Positions 10,066-20,446 of a stretch of 64,000 nucleotides of DNA are shown piece after piece. Numbering within the stretch: the first letter of the stretch is position 1; the number at the start of each line of letters is the position of its first letter. This DNA is from an uncultured delta proteobacterium (GTDB lineage Bacteria; Myxococcota_A; Polyangia; Polyangiales; JAFGIB01). The position numbers and the translations under genes were made by a program. The notes beneath the pieces are model-generated. The model saw only the letters and a list, made by a program, of their open reading frames with translations. It made no database searches and was not told the origin of the DNA. The DNA lies in the NCBI GenBank assembly GCA_963778655.1, contig CAVZVA010000012.1:128001-192000 (forward strand). The letters run 5' to 3'.

Positions 10066-10127
10066 ACAGGAAGGCGAGAAGACGGGAAGAGGTCTTTTCC
10101 TGGCTTCCCGTCTTCCCGCCTTCCTGT
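10066..10127. repeat. REP-like 24-bp inverted repeat between convergent genes (possible bidirectional terminator)
   Basis: ACAGGAAGGCGAGAAGACGGGAAG ... CTTCCCGTCTTCCCGCCTTCCTGT, one mismatch; related copy at 17238-17294. Confidence 0.7.
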
Positions 10128-10128
10128 T

Positions 10129-11232
10129 TCATGAATCTTCGGCGGTGTTGCCCAGCGCGCTTGCCGGGCTGGGGTCGTTGGCGATTGCGGCCACCGCTTC
10201 GGGCCACACCTCGCACAGCGCGCACAGCTCCACCGCCATCACCGCCTCGGCCGCGGCCTGATCGGGGCGCACGCCCAGTCGCTCGATGCGCGTTGCGATC
10301 AGCTGGGCTGCGGCCAGGCGCGTGGCGAGCTCGGCGCGCGCCACGTCGAACGAGCAGCCCCAGGGCAGCCAGCGCATCATCCACAGCTCGTCGGCCACCC
10401 AGTCGGCCAGCACCTGCCGCCGCGTGCGCGGCCGGCGCGCGCGCCGCGCGCCGCGCTCGAAGGCGGCGCTCCACGGCCGCTCGCGTGGCGGCGGCCGGTA
10501 GCCTCCGTCGTGCCGGAGCAACGCGTCGGCCACCCAGGCCAGCGCCACGCCGCCGCGGCTGCCGTCGTCGAGGTCGAGCAGCTCGGCGCCGAACAGCGTC
10601 CACGAGCGCTCCGCGAGCGCCGGCCAGGGCTCGGCGCCGAGCACGCGCTCGGGGCGCTCGCCGCGCAGCAGCCCGGCCTGGATCTGCGCCTCGAGCGCGG
10701 CGTAGCGCGCGAACGACACCCGCTGCTCGACCGTCAGCGCCACCCGCCGCGGCGCTACCTCGTCGACCTCGAGCCGCCCGCTCTGGTCGCGCAGCGAGGC
10801 CTCGGCCTCGGCCAGATCGAGCGGCGGCCGCTCGCCCAGCGTGCGGCACGGGCAGCGGTGCTCGGTGGTCACGCGGCCGCCATCCGGCGTGCTGACCAGG
10901 CCGTAAGGGAAGCGCCGGCAGCCGACCGGCTTGTGCGCTGGCCCGAAGCGTGCGTGCACGCCGCAGCGCCCGCCCGGCTTGAGCTGCGCGCAGCGGCCGT
11001 CCGGGCCCGGCCGCATGCACGGCGCCTCGACATCGGGGTGATAGATCACCGAGCCCGGGATCAGGCGGCGCATGGCGCGCGCCTCCGAGCGCGTCATCGG
11101 TCCGAGCGCGTGCAGATCCGTGCAGCACAGGCCGTCGCCTTCACAGCGAAAGCCGGCGCCCGGCCGTGCCAGCAACGGCCGTGCTCGCGGCGCCAGGCTG
11201 CTCGCGCGAGAGCTCACGCGGCGGCTGTACAC
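10129..11232 (-). CDS. YkgJ/UPF0153-like cysteine-cluster (putative Zn/Fe-S) protein
   Basis: FRCEGDGLCC ... C..L...GRCGVH......KPVGCRRFPY; start uncertain. Confidence 0.65.
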   Translation of the reverse strand: MYSRRVSSRASSLAPRARPLLARPGAGFRCEGDGLCCTDLHALGPMTRSEARAMRRLIPGSVIYHPDVEAPCMRPGPDGRCAQLKPGGRCGVHARFGPAHKPVGCRRFPYGLVSTPDGGRVTTEHRCPCRTLGERPPLDLAEAEASLRDQSGRLEVDEVAPRRVALTVEQRVSFARYAALEAQIQAGLLRGERPERVLGAEPWPALAERSWTLFGAELLDLDDGSRGGVALAWVADALLRHDGGYRPPPRERPWSAAFERGARRARRPRTRRQVLADWVADELWMMRWLPWGCSFDVARAELATRLAAAQLIATRIERLGVRPDQAAAEAVMAVELCALCEVWPEAVAAIANDPSPASALGNTAEDS

Positions 11233-11344
11233 GAAAGGGGCGCGTGAGTCACTGCTTTGATGACGGGGAAGGGCCCGGAAGGTGCGAGGTATTCGGGCAA
11301 GGGCAAGGGCAGGTTGCAGCTGCGAGGCACCGCCGAAGTCGAGA

Positions 11345-12457
11345 CTAGCCGCGGGCGGAGAGCCTGGGGGCGGCGGGGAGAGCGGGGGTTCGAGCCGGGC
11401 GCCGGCGGGTGCGGCTCCAGGCGGTTGCCAGCCCGCACAGCAGCGTTTCGGTGGTCTCGAAGTCGAGGCAGGCGTCGGTGATGCTCTGGCCGTAGCGCAG
11501 CGGCCGGCCCGGCGTCAGCTCCTGGCGGCCCGCCAGCAGGTGGCTCTCCAGCATGACGCCCAGCACCTGCTCGGAGCCGGCTTCGAGCTGGCGCACCACC
11601 TCGGCTAGCACGCGCGGCTGGTTGGCCGCGTCCTTGCCGCTGTTGCCGTGGCTGCAGTCGATCAGCACCCGCGGGCACAGCCCCGCCGCGCGCAGCGCCG
11701 CGCCGGCGCGCTGCACCTCCGGCTCGCCGTAGTTCGTCTGCCCGCGGCCGCCGCGCAGCACCAGGTGGCTGCGCGGATTGCCGCGCGTCCGCAACAGGCT
11801 CGCGCGTCCCGCGTCGTCGACGCCGATGAAGCTCTGCGGCGCGGCCGCGGTCTTCATCGCGTTGAGCGCGGCCTCGATGCCGCCGTCGGTCCCGTTCTTG
11901 AAGCCCACCGGCATGCCGAGCCCGGAGGCCGCCTCGCGGTGGGTCTGACTCTCGGCGGTGCGCGCACCGATCGCGGTCCACGCCACCAGGTCCGAGAGGT
12001 AGCCCGGCGCCAGCGGGTCCAGGGTCTCGGTCGCCGCCGGTAGCCCGAGCTCGCCCAGCTGCAGCAGCAGCTCGCGTGCCAGCCTCAGGCCGGCGCCCAC
12101 GTCGCAGCTACCGTCCAGCCGCGGGTCGTTGATCAGCCCTTTCCAGCCGAGCGCGGTTCGCGGCTTCTCCAGGTACACCCGCATGCAGATCAGCAGCTCG
12201 TCGGCCAGCCGCGCGCGCAGCGGTGCCAGCCGCCGGCCGTACTCGAGCGCCGCGCCCGGGTCGTGGATCGAGCACGGGCCCACGATCACGAGCAGCCGTG
12301 GCTCCCTGCCTTGGAGCACGGCCTCGATCCGGTTCCGGGTGTCGGCGACCAGCTCGGCAACAGCGGGGCTCGCGGGCAGCGCCTGCCGCAGCTGCCCGGG
12401 CGGGGGTAATGGCGTGACCTGCTCGAGCGGAAGGTGGCTTGGGGATGGCGTGGACAT
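11345..12457 (-). CDS. 3-deoxy-7-phosphoheptulonate (DAHP) synthase, class I alpha (AroF/G/H-type)
   Basis: VGPCSIHD, RVYLEKPRT, GWKGLINDP, IGARTAESQTHRE, GFKNGTDG, DCSHGNS, YGQSITDAC. Confidence 0.95.
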   Translation of the reverse strand: MSTPSPSHLPLEQVTPLPPPGQLRQALPASPAVAELVADTRNRIEAVLQGREPRLLVIVGPCSIHDPGAALEYGRRLAPLRARLADELLICMRVYLEKPRTALGWKGLINDPRLDGSCDVGAGLRLARELLLQLGELGLPAATETLDPLAPGYLSDLVAWTAIGARTAESQTHREAASGLGMPVGFKNGTDGGIEAALNAMKTAAAPQSFIGVDDAGRASLLRTRGNPRSHLVLRGGRGQTNYGEPEVQRAGAALRAAGLCPRVLIDCSHGNSGKDAANQPRVLAEVVRQLEAGSEQVLGVMLESHLLAGRQELTPGRPLRYGQSITDACLDFETTETLLCGLATAWSRTRRRPARTPALPAAPRLSARG

Positions 12458-12471
12458 GGGGCTCCAGAAGC

Positions 12472-12502
12472 AAAAAACCCCTGGCCGCGGGGCGACCAGG
12501 GG
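12472..12502 (-). terminator. Intrinsic terminator of the DAHP synthase attenuator
   Basis: Minus strand CCCCTGGTCGC-CCC-GCGGCCAGGGG followed by TTTTTT, 14 nt before the DAHP synthase ATG. Confidence 0.85.
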
Positions 12503-12531
12503 TGACTGTTGCGTGAGGCTACGTGGTGGAG

Positions 12532-12609
12532 CTACGTGGCCGTACCCTGGCGCCGTCCCGCGTGGGACGCGTAGGTAAAGCGCCAGAACCGATAGCTCCT
12601 GCTCGACAT
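12532..12609 (-). CDS. Aromatic amino acid leader peptide MSSRSYRFWRFTYASHAGRRQGTAT
   Basis: ATG 12609 to TAG 12532; Y-R-F-W-R-F-T-Y cluster; directly upstream of a terminator and DAHP synthase. Confidence 0.8.
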   Translation of the reverse strand: MSSRSYRFWRFTYASHAGRRQGTAT

Positions 12610-12684
12610 CTCAGCTTTGACATTAGCGCGGGCCGAGCGCGGCGGCAAGCGGCCGGCGTTCGTGCTCGGCCCGCCGCCGGCGGC

Positions 12685-13452
12685 TCACTTGGGCGGCATG
12701 CGCAGCGCGCCGTCCAGCCGCACGGTCTCGCCGTTGAGGTAGGGGTTCTCGATCATGTGCAACGCCAGCAGCGCGAACTCGTCCGGCTCGCCGAGCCGCG
12801 CAGGAAACGGGATGCCCGCGGCGAGGGCTCGCCGTGCTTCCTCCGGAAGCTGACCGAGCATCGGCGTGGCGAAGGTGCCCGGCGCAATGGTGAGCACGCG
12901 GACGCCGGCCTTCGACAGGTCGCGCGCCGCCGGCAGCGTCATCCCGGCCACGCCGGCCTTGGAGGCCGCGTACGCCACCTGTCCGATCTGGCCGTCGAAC
13001 GCCGCGATCGAAGCGGTGTTGATGATCACGCCACGCTCGCCGTGGCGCTGCGGCTCGTTGCGCGCCATCGCGGCCGCCGCCAGCCGCATCACGTTGAAGC
13101 TGCCCACCAGATTGATCTGGACCACCTTGGCGAACGCCTCGAGGTCGTGAGGCGCGCCCTCCTTGCTCAGGGTCCGTTGCACCCAGCCCACGCCCGCGCA
13201 ACTCACGGACACCCGCAGCGGGCCCAGCGTGAGCGCGGTCGCGATCGCCGCCTGGACCTGCTCTGCGGAGGTCACGTCGGTCGAGACGAAGCGGCAGCCG
13301 GCGCCGAGCTCGGCGGCCAGCGCCTCGCCCTTGGTCGCGTCTCTGTCCAGGATCACCGCCTTGGCTCCCGCCGCCACCAGGCGCCGCACGGTCGCCTCTC
13401 CGAGCCCGGAAGCCCCACCGGTCACGAGCGCCGAAGCGCCTTGAATCTGCAT
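12685..13452 (-). CDS. SDR oxidoreductase, 3-hydroxyacyl-CoA dehydrogenase type II (HSD17B10-like)
   Basis: [47 protein letters not shown]. Confidence 0.9.
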   Translation of the reverse strand: MQIQGASALVTGGASGLGEATVRRLVAAGAKAVILDRDATKGEALAAELGAGCRFVSTDVTSAEQVQAAIATALTLGPLRVSVSCAGVGWVQRTLSKEGAPHDLEAFAKVVQINLVGSFNVMRLAAAAMARNEPQRHGERGVIINTASIAAFDGQIGQVAYAASKAGVAGMTLPAARDLSKAGVRVLTIAPGTFATPMLGQLPEEARRALAAGIPFPARLGEPDEFALLALHMIENPYLNGETVRLDGALRMPPK

Positions 13453-13745
13453 CGCTCTGGCTCCTTTGTTGGCTGCGCCGCAGCGGCGCACGCAGGTCAT
13501 AGCACAGCCGCTCGCGCGCCCGTGCGCGGCGCGTGCGAGCCTCGCGGCGGCATCGCGCAAGCGCGCTCGCTCGCGCGCGACGTGCGCAGCGACGCGAGCC
13601 GCACGAGCGCCGCGAGCTGGCCGCTCGGGGATGTGAACGGCTCCACCAGGGAAAATGGCCCCATCTCTTGTTGCTTTCCCCCCCCCGTGTGATATTTGAC
13701 CGCGCGCCGTGCTGCTTGGTGCGCGGCTGGGAGGAGGTCAGTGAG

Positions 13746-14201
13746 TTGAATACACGCGGACGGCACCTGCTGGTCGAGTACACCGGTTGTGACTACAGCG
13801 TTCTGGACGACCTCAAACGCATAGAAGCGCTGATGAACGAGGCAGCCAGAGCAGCGCGGACCAACATTGTCGCTTCAGTGTTTCAACCCTTCGAGCCGCA
13901 GGGCGTCACCGGCGTCGTGGTGGTGGAAGAATCCCATCTGTCGATCCACACCTGGCCGGAGCACGGCTACGCAGCCGTCGACTTCTTCACCTGCGGAGAC
14001 TCGCTGCCGGAGCGCGCGCACGAGGTGCTCAACCGCGGGCTCAAGGCGCAGTCGGCCGAAGTGATGTACGTGGACCGAGGTCTCGGCGTGCCCGGCCAGG
14101 GCATCGCCCTACGCAGCCATCACACCGAGGTCAGCGAGCCGGCGCCCGTGCTGGTGCGCGCGCGCGGCAAGCGCGCCGCGCGCGCGAGCAGCCGCGTATA
14201 G
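13746..14201 (+). CDS. speD: S-adenosylmethionine decarboxylase proenzyme
   Basis: GRHLLVE, FEPQGVT, EESHLSIHTWPE self-cleavage motif, DFFTCG; TTG start after GGAGGAGG. Confidence 0.9.
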   Translation: MNTRGRHLLVEYTGCDYSVLDDLKRIEALMNEAARAARTNIVASVFQPFEPQGVTGVVVVEESHLSIHTWPEHGYAAVDFFTCGDSLPERAHEVLNRGLKAQSAEVMYVDRGLGVPGQGIALRSHHTEVSEPAPVLVRARGKRAARASSRV

Positions 14202-14356
14202 GGCAGGGGCCGTGCTCGGCTCCCCTGCAGAAGCGCTCGGCAGCGAGCGCGCCCGCCGCGGCCCCGAGCCTCGCAGGGCTGAAAGCTTTGCGCAGGCCCG
14301 GCAGCTACGGCCGAGCGATGCCGCCGTGCGGCCGCGCCGGAAGTGTTGAGCGGGCC

Positions 14357-15202
14357 ATGGGCCTCTGGTTCGAAGAGACATTTCAGGGCCGCGTGCGGCT
14401 GGGCTTGCCGGTCACGCGCTCGCTCTTCCACGGCAAGAGCGAGTACCAGACCATCGACATCGTCGAGACCGAGACCTACGGCGCCACGCTGCTGCTCGAC
14501 AGCGCGTACATGACCAGCGTGGGCGACGAGTATTTCTACCACGAGATGCTGGTCCACCCGGCGCTCACCCGCGCGGCCTCGATCGCGCGGGTGCTGGTGA
14601 TCGGAGGCGGCGACGGCGGGACGGTGCGCGAGCTGCTGCGCTATCCCGAGGTCGAGCAGGTCGTGCTGTGCGAGATCGACGCCATGGTGACCCAGGCCTG
14701 CCGGGAGCACTTGAAGGCGTTCAACGTGCCCTGGAACGACCCGCGCCTGCAGCTGTGCTTCGGCGACGGCGTGGCCTACCTGCGCGAGCAAGAGGGCGAG
14801 CCCTTCGACGTGATCCTGATCGACGGCTCCGACCCGATCGGCCCGGCCGAGGGCTTGATCGCGGGCAGCTTCTACGAGAGCTGCAAGCGTAGGCTCAAGC
14901 CCGACGGCGTGCTCGCGCTGCAGAGCGAGGCGCCTCACCTGATGCGCGCCGACTTTCTGCGCATCGTGAAGGCGCTGCGCGGGGTCTTCCCGCGCGTGCA
15001 TCCGTACTTCGGCCCGGTCCCGATCTACCCCAGCGGCAGCTGGAGCTGGACCTTCGCCTCGAGCAGCGTCGACCCGCAGCCGCCGCGCGCGCAGCGCCTG
15101 GCCGCGATCGAAGCAGGCTGCCGCTACTACAACCGCGAGATCCACGCGGCTGCTTTCGCCCAGCCCAACGAGCTGCGCAAGGCCCTCGCCGATTTGCGCT
15201 AA
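14357..15202 (+). CDS. speE: Polyamine aminopropyltransferase (spermidine synthase)
   Basis: YHEMLVHP, VLVIGGGDGG, LCEID, DVILIDGSDPIGPA. Confidence 0.92.
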   Translation: MGLWFEETFQGRVRLGLPVTRSLFHGKSEYQTIDIVETETYGATLLLDSAYMTSVGDEYFYHEMLVHPALTRAASIARVLVIGGGDGGTVRELLRYPEVEQVVLCEIDAMVTQACREHLKAFNVPWNDPRLQLCFGDGVAYLREQEGEPFDVILIDGSDPIGPAEGLIAGSFYESCKRRLKPDGVLALQSEAPHLMRADFLRIVKALRGVFPRVHPYFGPVPIYPSGSWSWTFASSSVDPQPPRAQRLAAIEAGCRYYNREIHAAAFAQPNELRKALADLR

Positions 15203-15210
15203 GGTTCCGG

Positions 15211-17190
15211 ATGGCGGAGCCGATCTGGAGCCCGGAGCCCGAGCGCATCGAGCGCGCGAACGTCACGCGCCTGATGCGCAAGCTCGGCTTCGAGGTCGAT
15301 CCCCACGACGCGCAGCGGACCGCGGCGTCGGCGCGCGCCTTCGTGGATCGGAGCTGCCGTGAGGTGGCCTGGTTCTGGGAGCACGCGCTGCAAGACATGG
15401 GCATGCCGTGGCAGAAGCCATACCAGCGCGTGCTCGACCTCTCACGGGGCGCGCCCTTCGCCGACTGGTTCGTCGGCGGCGAGACCAACATCGCGCTCGC
15501 CTGCGTAGACCGCCACGCGCAAGGCCCGCTCGCGGCCAAGACCGCGCTGATCGCCGAGACCGAGGACGGCTCGGTGCGCAGCTACCGCTACGCCGAGCTC
15601 GCTGCAGAGGTGGGCCGCCTGGCCAACGCCCTGCGCGCGCTCGGCGTCGGCCGCGGCGACCGCGTGGCCTGCTACATGCCGATGATCGCCGAGGTGGTGT
15701 TCGCGATGCTGGCGACCCAGAAGATCGGCGCCATCTTTATCCCGATCTTTTCGGGTTACGCGCCGCCCGCGGTGCGCGAGCGGCTGCAAGAGGCCGGGGT
15801 GAAGCTGCTGTTTACCGCGGACGGCTCGCTGCGCCGCGGTCAGCCCGTGCCGCTGAAGCCGCAGGCCGACCGCGCGGTCGACGGGCTGGGCTGCGTGGAG
15901 CACGTGCTGGTGGTGCGCCGCCCGGGCACGGTCGCGCCCGACTGCCCGATGCGCGCCGGCCGCGACCTGTTCTACGCCGAGGCCGTGGCCGCGCAGCCGG
16001 GCGCGGCGCAGAGCGTGCCGATGCCGGCGATGGCCCCGGCGCTGATGCTGTTCACCAGCGGCACCACCGGCAAGCCCAAGGGCACGGTGCACACGCACGC
16101 CGGCTGCCTGGCGCAGATGGGCAAGGAGATCCTCTACAACCTCGACCTCCACGCCGACGACGTGTTCTTCTGGTTCTCCGACATCGGCTGGATGATGGGG
16201 CCGTGGGAGATCATCGGCTGCTTCATGCACGGCGGCACCATTCTGATCTTCGAAGGGGCACCCGACTACCCGAGCCCCGAGCGGCTGTGGCAGACAGTCG
16301 AGCGCCACGGCGTCAGCACGCTCGGCGTCAGCCCGACGGCGGTGCGGCTGCTGATGCGAGCGGGCGAAGCAGCGGTACGCCGGCACGCGATGCCGAGCCT
16401 GCACACGCTCGGCAGCACCGGCGAGCCCTGGGACGCCGAGAGCTACCTCTGGTACTTTGAGCAGGTCGGCCGGCGCCGCTGTCCCGTGATCAACATCAGC
16501 GGCGGCACCGACATCGTGGGTTGCTTTCTGGCGCCGTTGCCGATCATGCCGCTCACGCCGACCAGCCTGCAGAGCCGCGGCTTGGGCATGGACGTCGACG
16601 TGTTCGACGAGCAGGGCCAGAGCGTGCGCGGCGAGGTCGGCTACCTGGTCTGCAAGCAGCCCGCGCCATCGATGACGCGTAGCCTGTGGAAGAATGACGC
16701 CAAGTACCTGGAGACCTACTGGTCCAAGTTTCCCGGGGTATGGAACCACGGCGATTGGGCCAAGCTCGACGCCGACGGGCACTACTACCTCTACGGCCGC
16801 GCCGACGACACGCTGAAGATCGCCGGGCGGAGAGTCGGTCCGGGCGAGATCGAGGCTGCGTTGATCGAGCACCCCGCGGTGAGCGAGGCAGCGGCGGTAG
16901 GCGTGCCCGACGCGCTCAAGGGCACCGACGTGGTCTGCTTCGTGGTGCTCCATCCCGGCCACGCACCGAGCGAGGCCTTGCGCGCCGAGCTGGCGGCCGC
17001 GGTGGTCGCGGCGCTCGGGAAGGTCGACCGGCCCAAGGCGGTGCTGTTCGCTTCCGACTTGCCCAAGACGCGCAGCGCCAAGATCCTGCGGCGCCTGATC
17101 CAGCGCCGCTACCTGGGGGAGACCGAGCTCGGCGACCTCTCGAGCGTGGCCAACCCCGAGGCGCTCGATCGCATCGCGGAGGCGACCTAG
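15211..17190 (+). CDS. Acetate/acyl-CoA ligase (AMP-binding, acetyl-CoA synthetase family)
   Basis: FTSGTTGKPKG, SDIGWMMG, GSTGEPW, GRADD, LPKTRSAKILRR. Confidence 0.88.
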   Translation: MAEPIWSPEPERIERANVTRLMRKLGFEVDPHDAQRTAASARAFVDRSCREVAWFWEHALQDMGMPWQKPYQRVLDLSRGAPFADWFVGGETNIALACVDRHAQGPLAAKTALIAETEDGSVRSYRYAELAAEVGRLANALRALGVGRGDRVACYMPMIAEVVFAMLATQKIGAIFIPIFSGYAPPAVRERLQEAGVKLLFTADGSLRRGQPVPLKPQADRAVDGLGCVEHVLVVRRPGTVAPDCPMRAGRDLFYAEAVAAQPGAAQSVPMPAMAPALMLFTSGTTGKPKGTVHTHAGCLAQMGKEILYNLDLHADDVFFWFSDIGWMMGPWEIIGCFMHGGTILIFEGAPDYPSPERLWQTVERHGVSTLGVSPTAVRLLMRAGEAAVRRHAMPSLHTLGSTGEPWDAESYLWYFEQVGRRRCPVINISGGTDIVGCFLAPLPIMPLTPTSLQSRGLGMDVDVFDEQGQSVRGEVGYLVCKQPAPSMTRSLWKNDAKYLETYWSKFPGVWNHGDWAKLDADGHYYLYGRADDTLKIAGRRVGPGEIEAALIEHPAVSEAAAVGVPDALKGTDVVCFVVLHPGHAPSEALRAELAAAVVAALGKVDRPKAVLFASDLPKTRSAKILRRLIQRRYLGETELGDLSSVANPEALDRIAEAT

Positions 17191-17237
17191 CGCGCGTTCG
17201 GCGCGGCAGCGCCCGCCAGCTCGAACGGCAGGAGATC

Positions 17238-17294
17238 ACAGGAAGACGGGAAGGGAACCTGGGCTCTGTTCTTCCCGTCTTGCCGTCTTCCTGT
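17238..17294. repeat. REP-like inverted repeat, second copy of the ACAGGAAG family
   Basis: ACAGGAAGACGGGAAG ... CTTCCCGTCTTGCCGTCTTCCTGT. Confidence 0.65.
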
Positions 17295-17418
17295 TGCACC
17301 CTCCGCAGCGCAGCTTACGGCCGAGAACGCGGGTCAAAAGGGGGAGGGGTCGACTTTTGTTCGATGCCGTTGTACCTGTACGCACTCGCTTTGGCTTGAA
17401 GAAGGCAGGTAGTTTCCC

Positions 17419-18771
<1,353 letters not shown>

Positions 18772-18990
18772 CCCGCTGAGCTCGGCGCAGGCCGGGGTAT
18801 CACGGTGAAGGCTGCGCGGCCGCCTTCACCGGGGCGGCTACGCGGTGGGGTCGTCGGTGTCTTCGACCCCTGCGCGGCGGCTTGGCGCGCCGGGGCGCGG
18901 GCGGTGGAACGGCCACCCGGCCGGCGGCGATGTTGAGAAAGGTTGCGCAGCGCGCTCGCGCGTCTGCTTGAACACCTGGTCCAGGTTGAT

Positions 18991-20106
18991 TTAGCGCCCC
19001 GGCACTGCCAATAGGCGCGTGGGAGCGAGCTGCGCGGCCAGCGGGTGGTGCTCGCCGCGCACGCAGGCCGCGAGCAATTCGCCGGCGGCCGGCGCCACGC
19101 TCATGCCGCGACCACCCAGCCCGCCCAGCCAGCACAGGCCCTCGACGCGGCCGTCGAGCCCCACCACCAGCTCGCGGTCGGGTGCGAACGTGCGCAGGCA
19201 CGCCCAGTAGCGCTTGACCTCGGCCGTGCCGAGCGCGGGCGCGCTGCGGGCGAGCTTGCCCGCCAGCGCCTGCAGCACTGCGGGCTCGGCCGCGAGGGGC
19301 TCGTGGGCGGCCCAGGCGGTTTGATCGCAGGCGCTGGCCAGCGCGCCGCCCGACTCCGGGCGGTAGTAGAGCTCGTCGTCCAGACGCCACACCACCGGGT
19401 GCTCAGGCGCGAGCACCACCCGGTCCGGCAGCTCGAGCTGCACCAGGTGGCGGCGCAGCGCGCGCAGCCCGAGCGGCAGCCCGCACGCGGCGGCCAGGTC
19501 CTCGCTGAAGGCGCCGGCGGCCAGCACGACCAGCGCGGTGGCCACGCGCGAGCCGTCCTGCAGCTCCACGCCTGCGACCCGCTCGTGCTCCAGCCGCAGC
19601 GCACGCACGCCGCAGCCCGTGCGGATCTCGACCCCGCGCGCGCGCGCGGCTCGGGCCAGCGCGGTGTTGAGCGCGTGGATGTCGAGCACGCCGCCCTCCG
19701 GCACCCATAGCCCGTGCACGGCCTCGCCGCCGGCGAGCGAGGCGGCGCGCTGCTGCAGCGCGCCCGCGTCGAGCAGCTCGGCCTGCACGCCCTGCGCGCG
19801 CGCGTGCTGCAGCAGGGCGCGCGCCTCGCCCTGCCGGGCGTCGAGCAGCAGCAGCCCGCAGCGCCGCAGCAGCGGCTCGCTGCCGGCGTCCAGCTCCGCG
19901 AGCAGCGCCAGGCTGCGTCGCGACAACTCCGCGCTGGTGTGGTCGTGCTCGAGCGGGCGATAGATCGCCGCGTTGCGGCCCGAGGCCTGCGAGGCCAGCA
20001 GCGGCTCGCGCTCGAGCAGGCGCACGCGCAGCGCGCGGCCCAGCGCGGCCGCCGCCGACAGCCCGGCCACGCCGCCGCCCACCACCACCGCGTCCACGGC
20101 GTCCAT
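18991..20106 (-). CDS. FAD-dependent oxidoreductase, DAO/sarcosine oxidase family
   Basis: VVGGGVAG, ASGRNAA, LAAGA, WACLRTFAPDR, GLGGRG. Confidence 0.85.
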   Translation of the reverse strand: MDAVDAVVVGGGVAGLSAAAALGRALRVRLLEREPLLASQASGRNAAIYRPLEHDHTSAELSRRSLALLAELDAGSEPLLRRCGLLLLDARQGEARALLQHARAQGVQAELLDAGALQQRAASLAGGEAVHGLWVPEGGVLDIHALNTALARAARARGVEIRTGCGVRALRLEHERVAGVELQDGSRVATALVVLAAGAFSEDLAAACGLPLGLRALRRHLVQLELPDRVVLAPEHPVVWRLDDELYYRPESGGALASACDQTAWAAHEPLAAEPAVLQALAGKLARSAPALGTAEVKRYWACLRTFAPDRELVVGLDGRVEGLCWLGGLGGRGMSVAPAAGELLAACVRGEHHPLAAQLAPTRLLAVPGR

Positions 20107-20267
20107 GCCGCAAGGCTTAGCAGAGTCGCCCCCGCCGGTCCCGACCCCCGCCAGCAGCGGCCCCGCCTCCCGGCACGCACCGGCGGTCGCCCCGCGAGCG
20201 AGCGCGGCGAGCCGCGCGGGAGGCTGGGTCGCGCAACCGCCCCGCTAACAAGGCGCAGTCGCGATAG

Positions 20268-20446
20268 CTAAGGATCCGAGCACAAACAACCCGAGCACGG
20301 CCGGCTTGTCGGCGGAGTGCGATCGCGCGCGCGCCGGCAGAACAAACCACGGGAATACTCGATGTATTTCGAGCACCTTTTCGAGGACGAAAGCCGCGAA
20401 CACGCCCGCCCACGAGCCGCAACTGAGCAGGTCATCTGTGCTCTAG
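20268..20446. mobile_element. Small palindromic MITE/RPE-like element, copy 1
   Basis: Imperfect terminal inverted repeats (GAGCACA..), CTA/TAG ends, core GGAATACTCGATGTATTTCGAG shared with the element at 39277-39442. Confidence 0.55.

Noticed and set aside
13700..13745. SAM riboswitch upstream of speD
   Set aside because: Too short, and no recognisable SAM-I/II/SAH consensus
18800..18990. Short coding-like fragment (INLDQVFKQTRER) and hairpin between malic enzyme and the DAO gene
   Set aside because: No start codon or recognisable family; the hairpin is plausibly just a terminator between convergent genes
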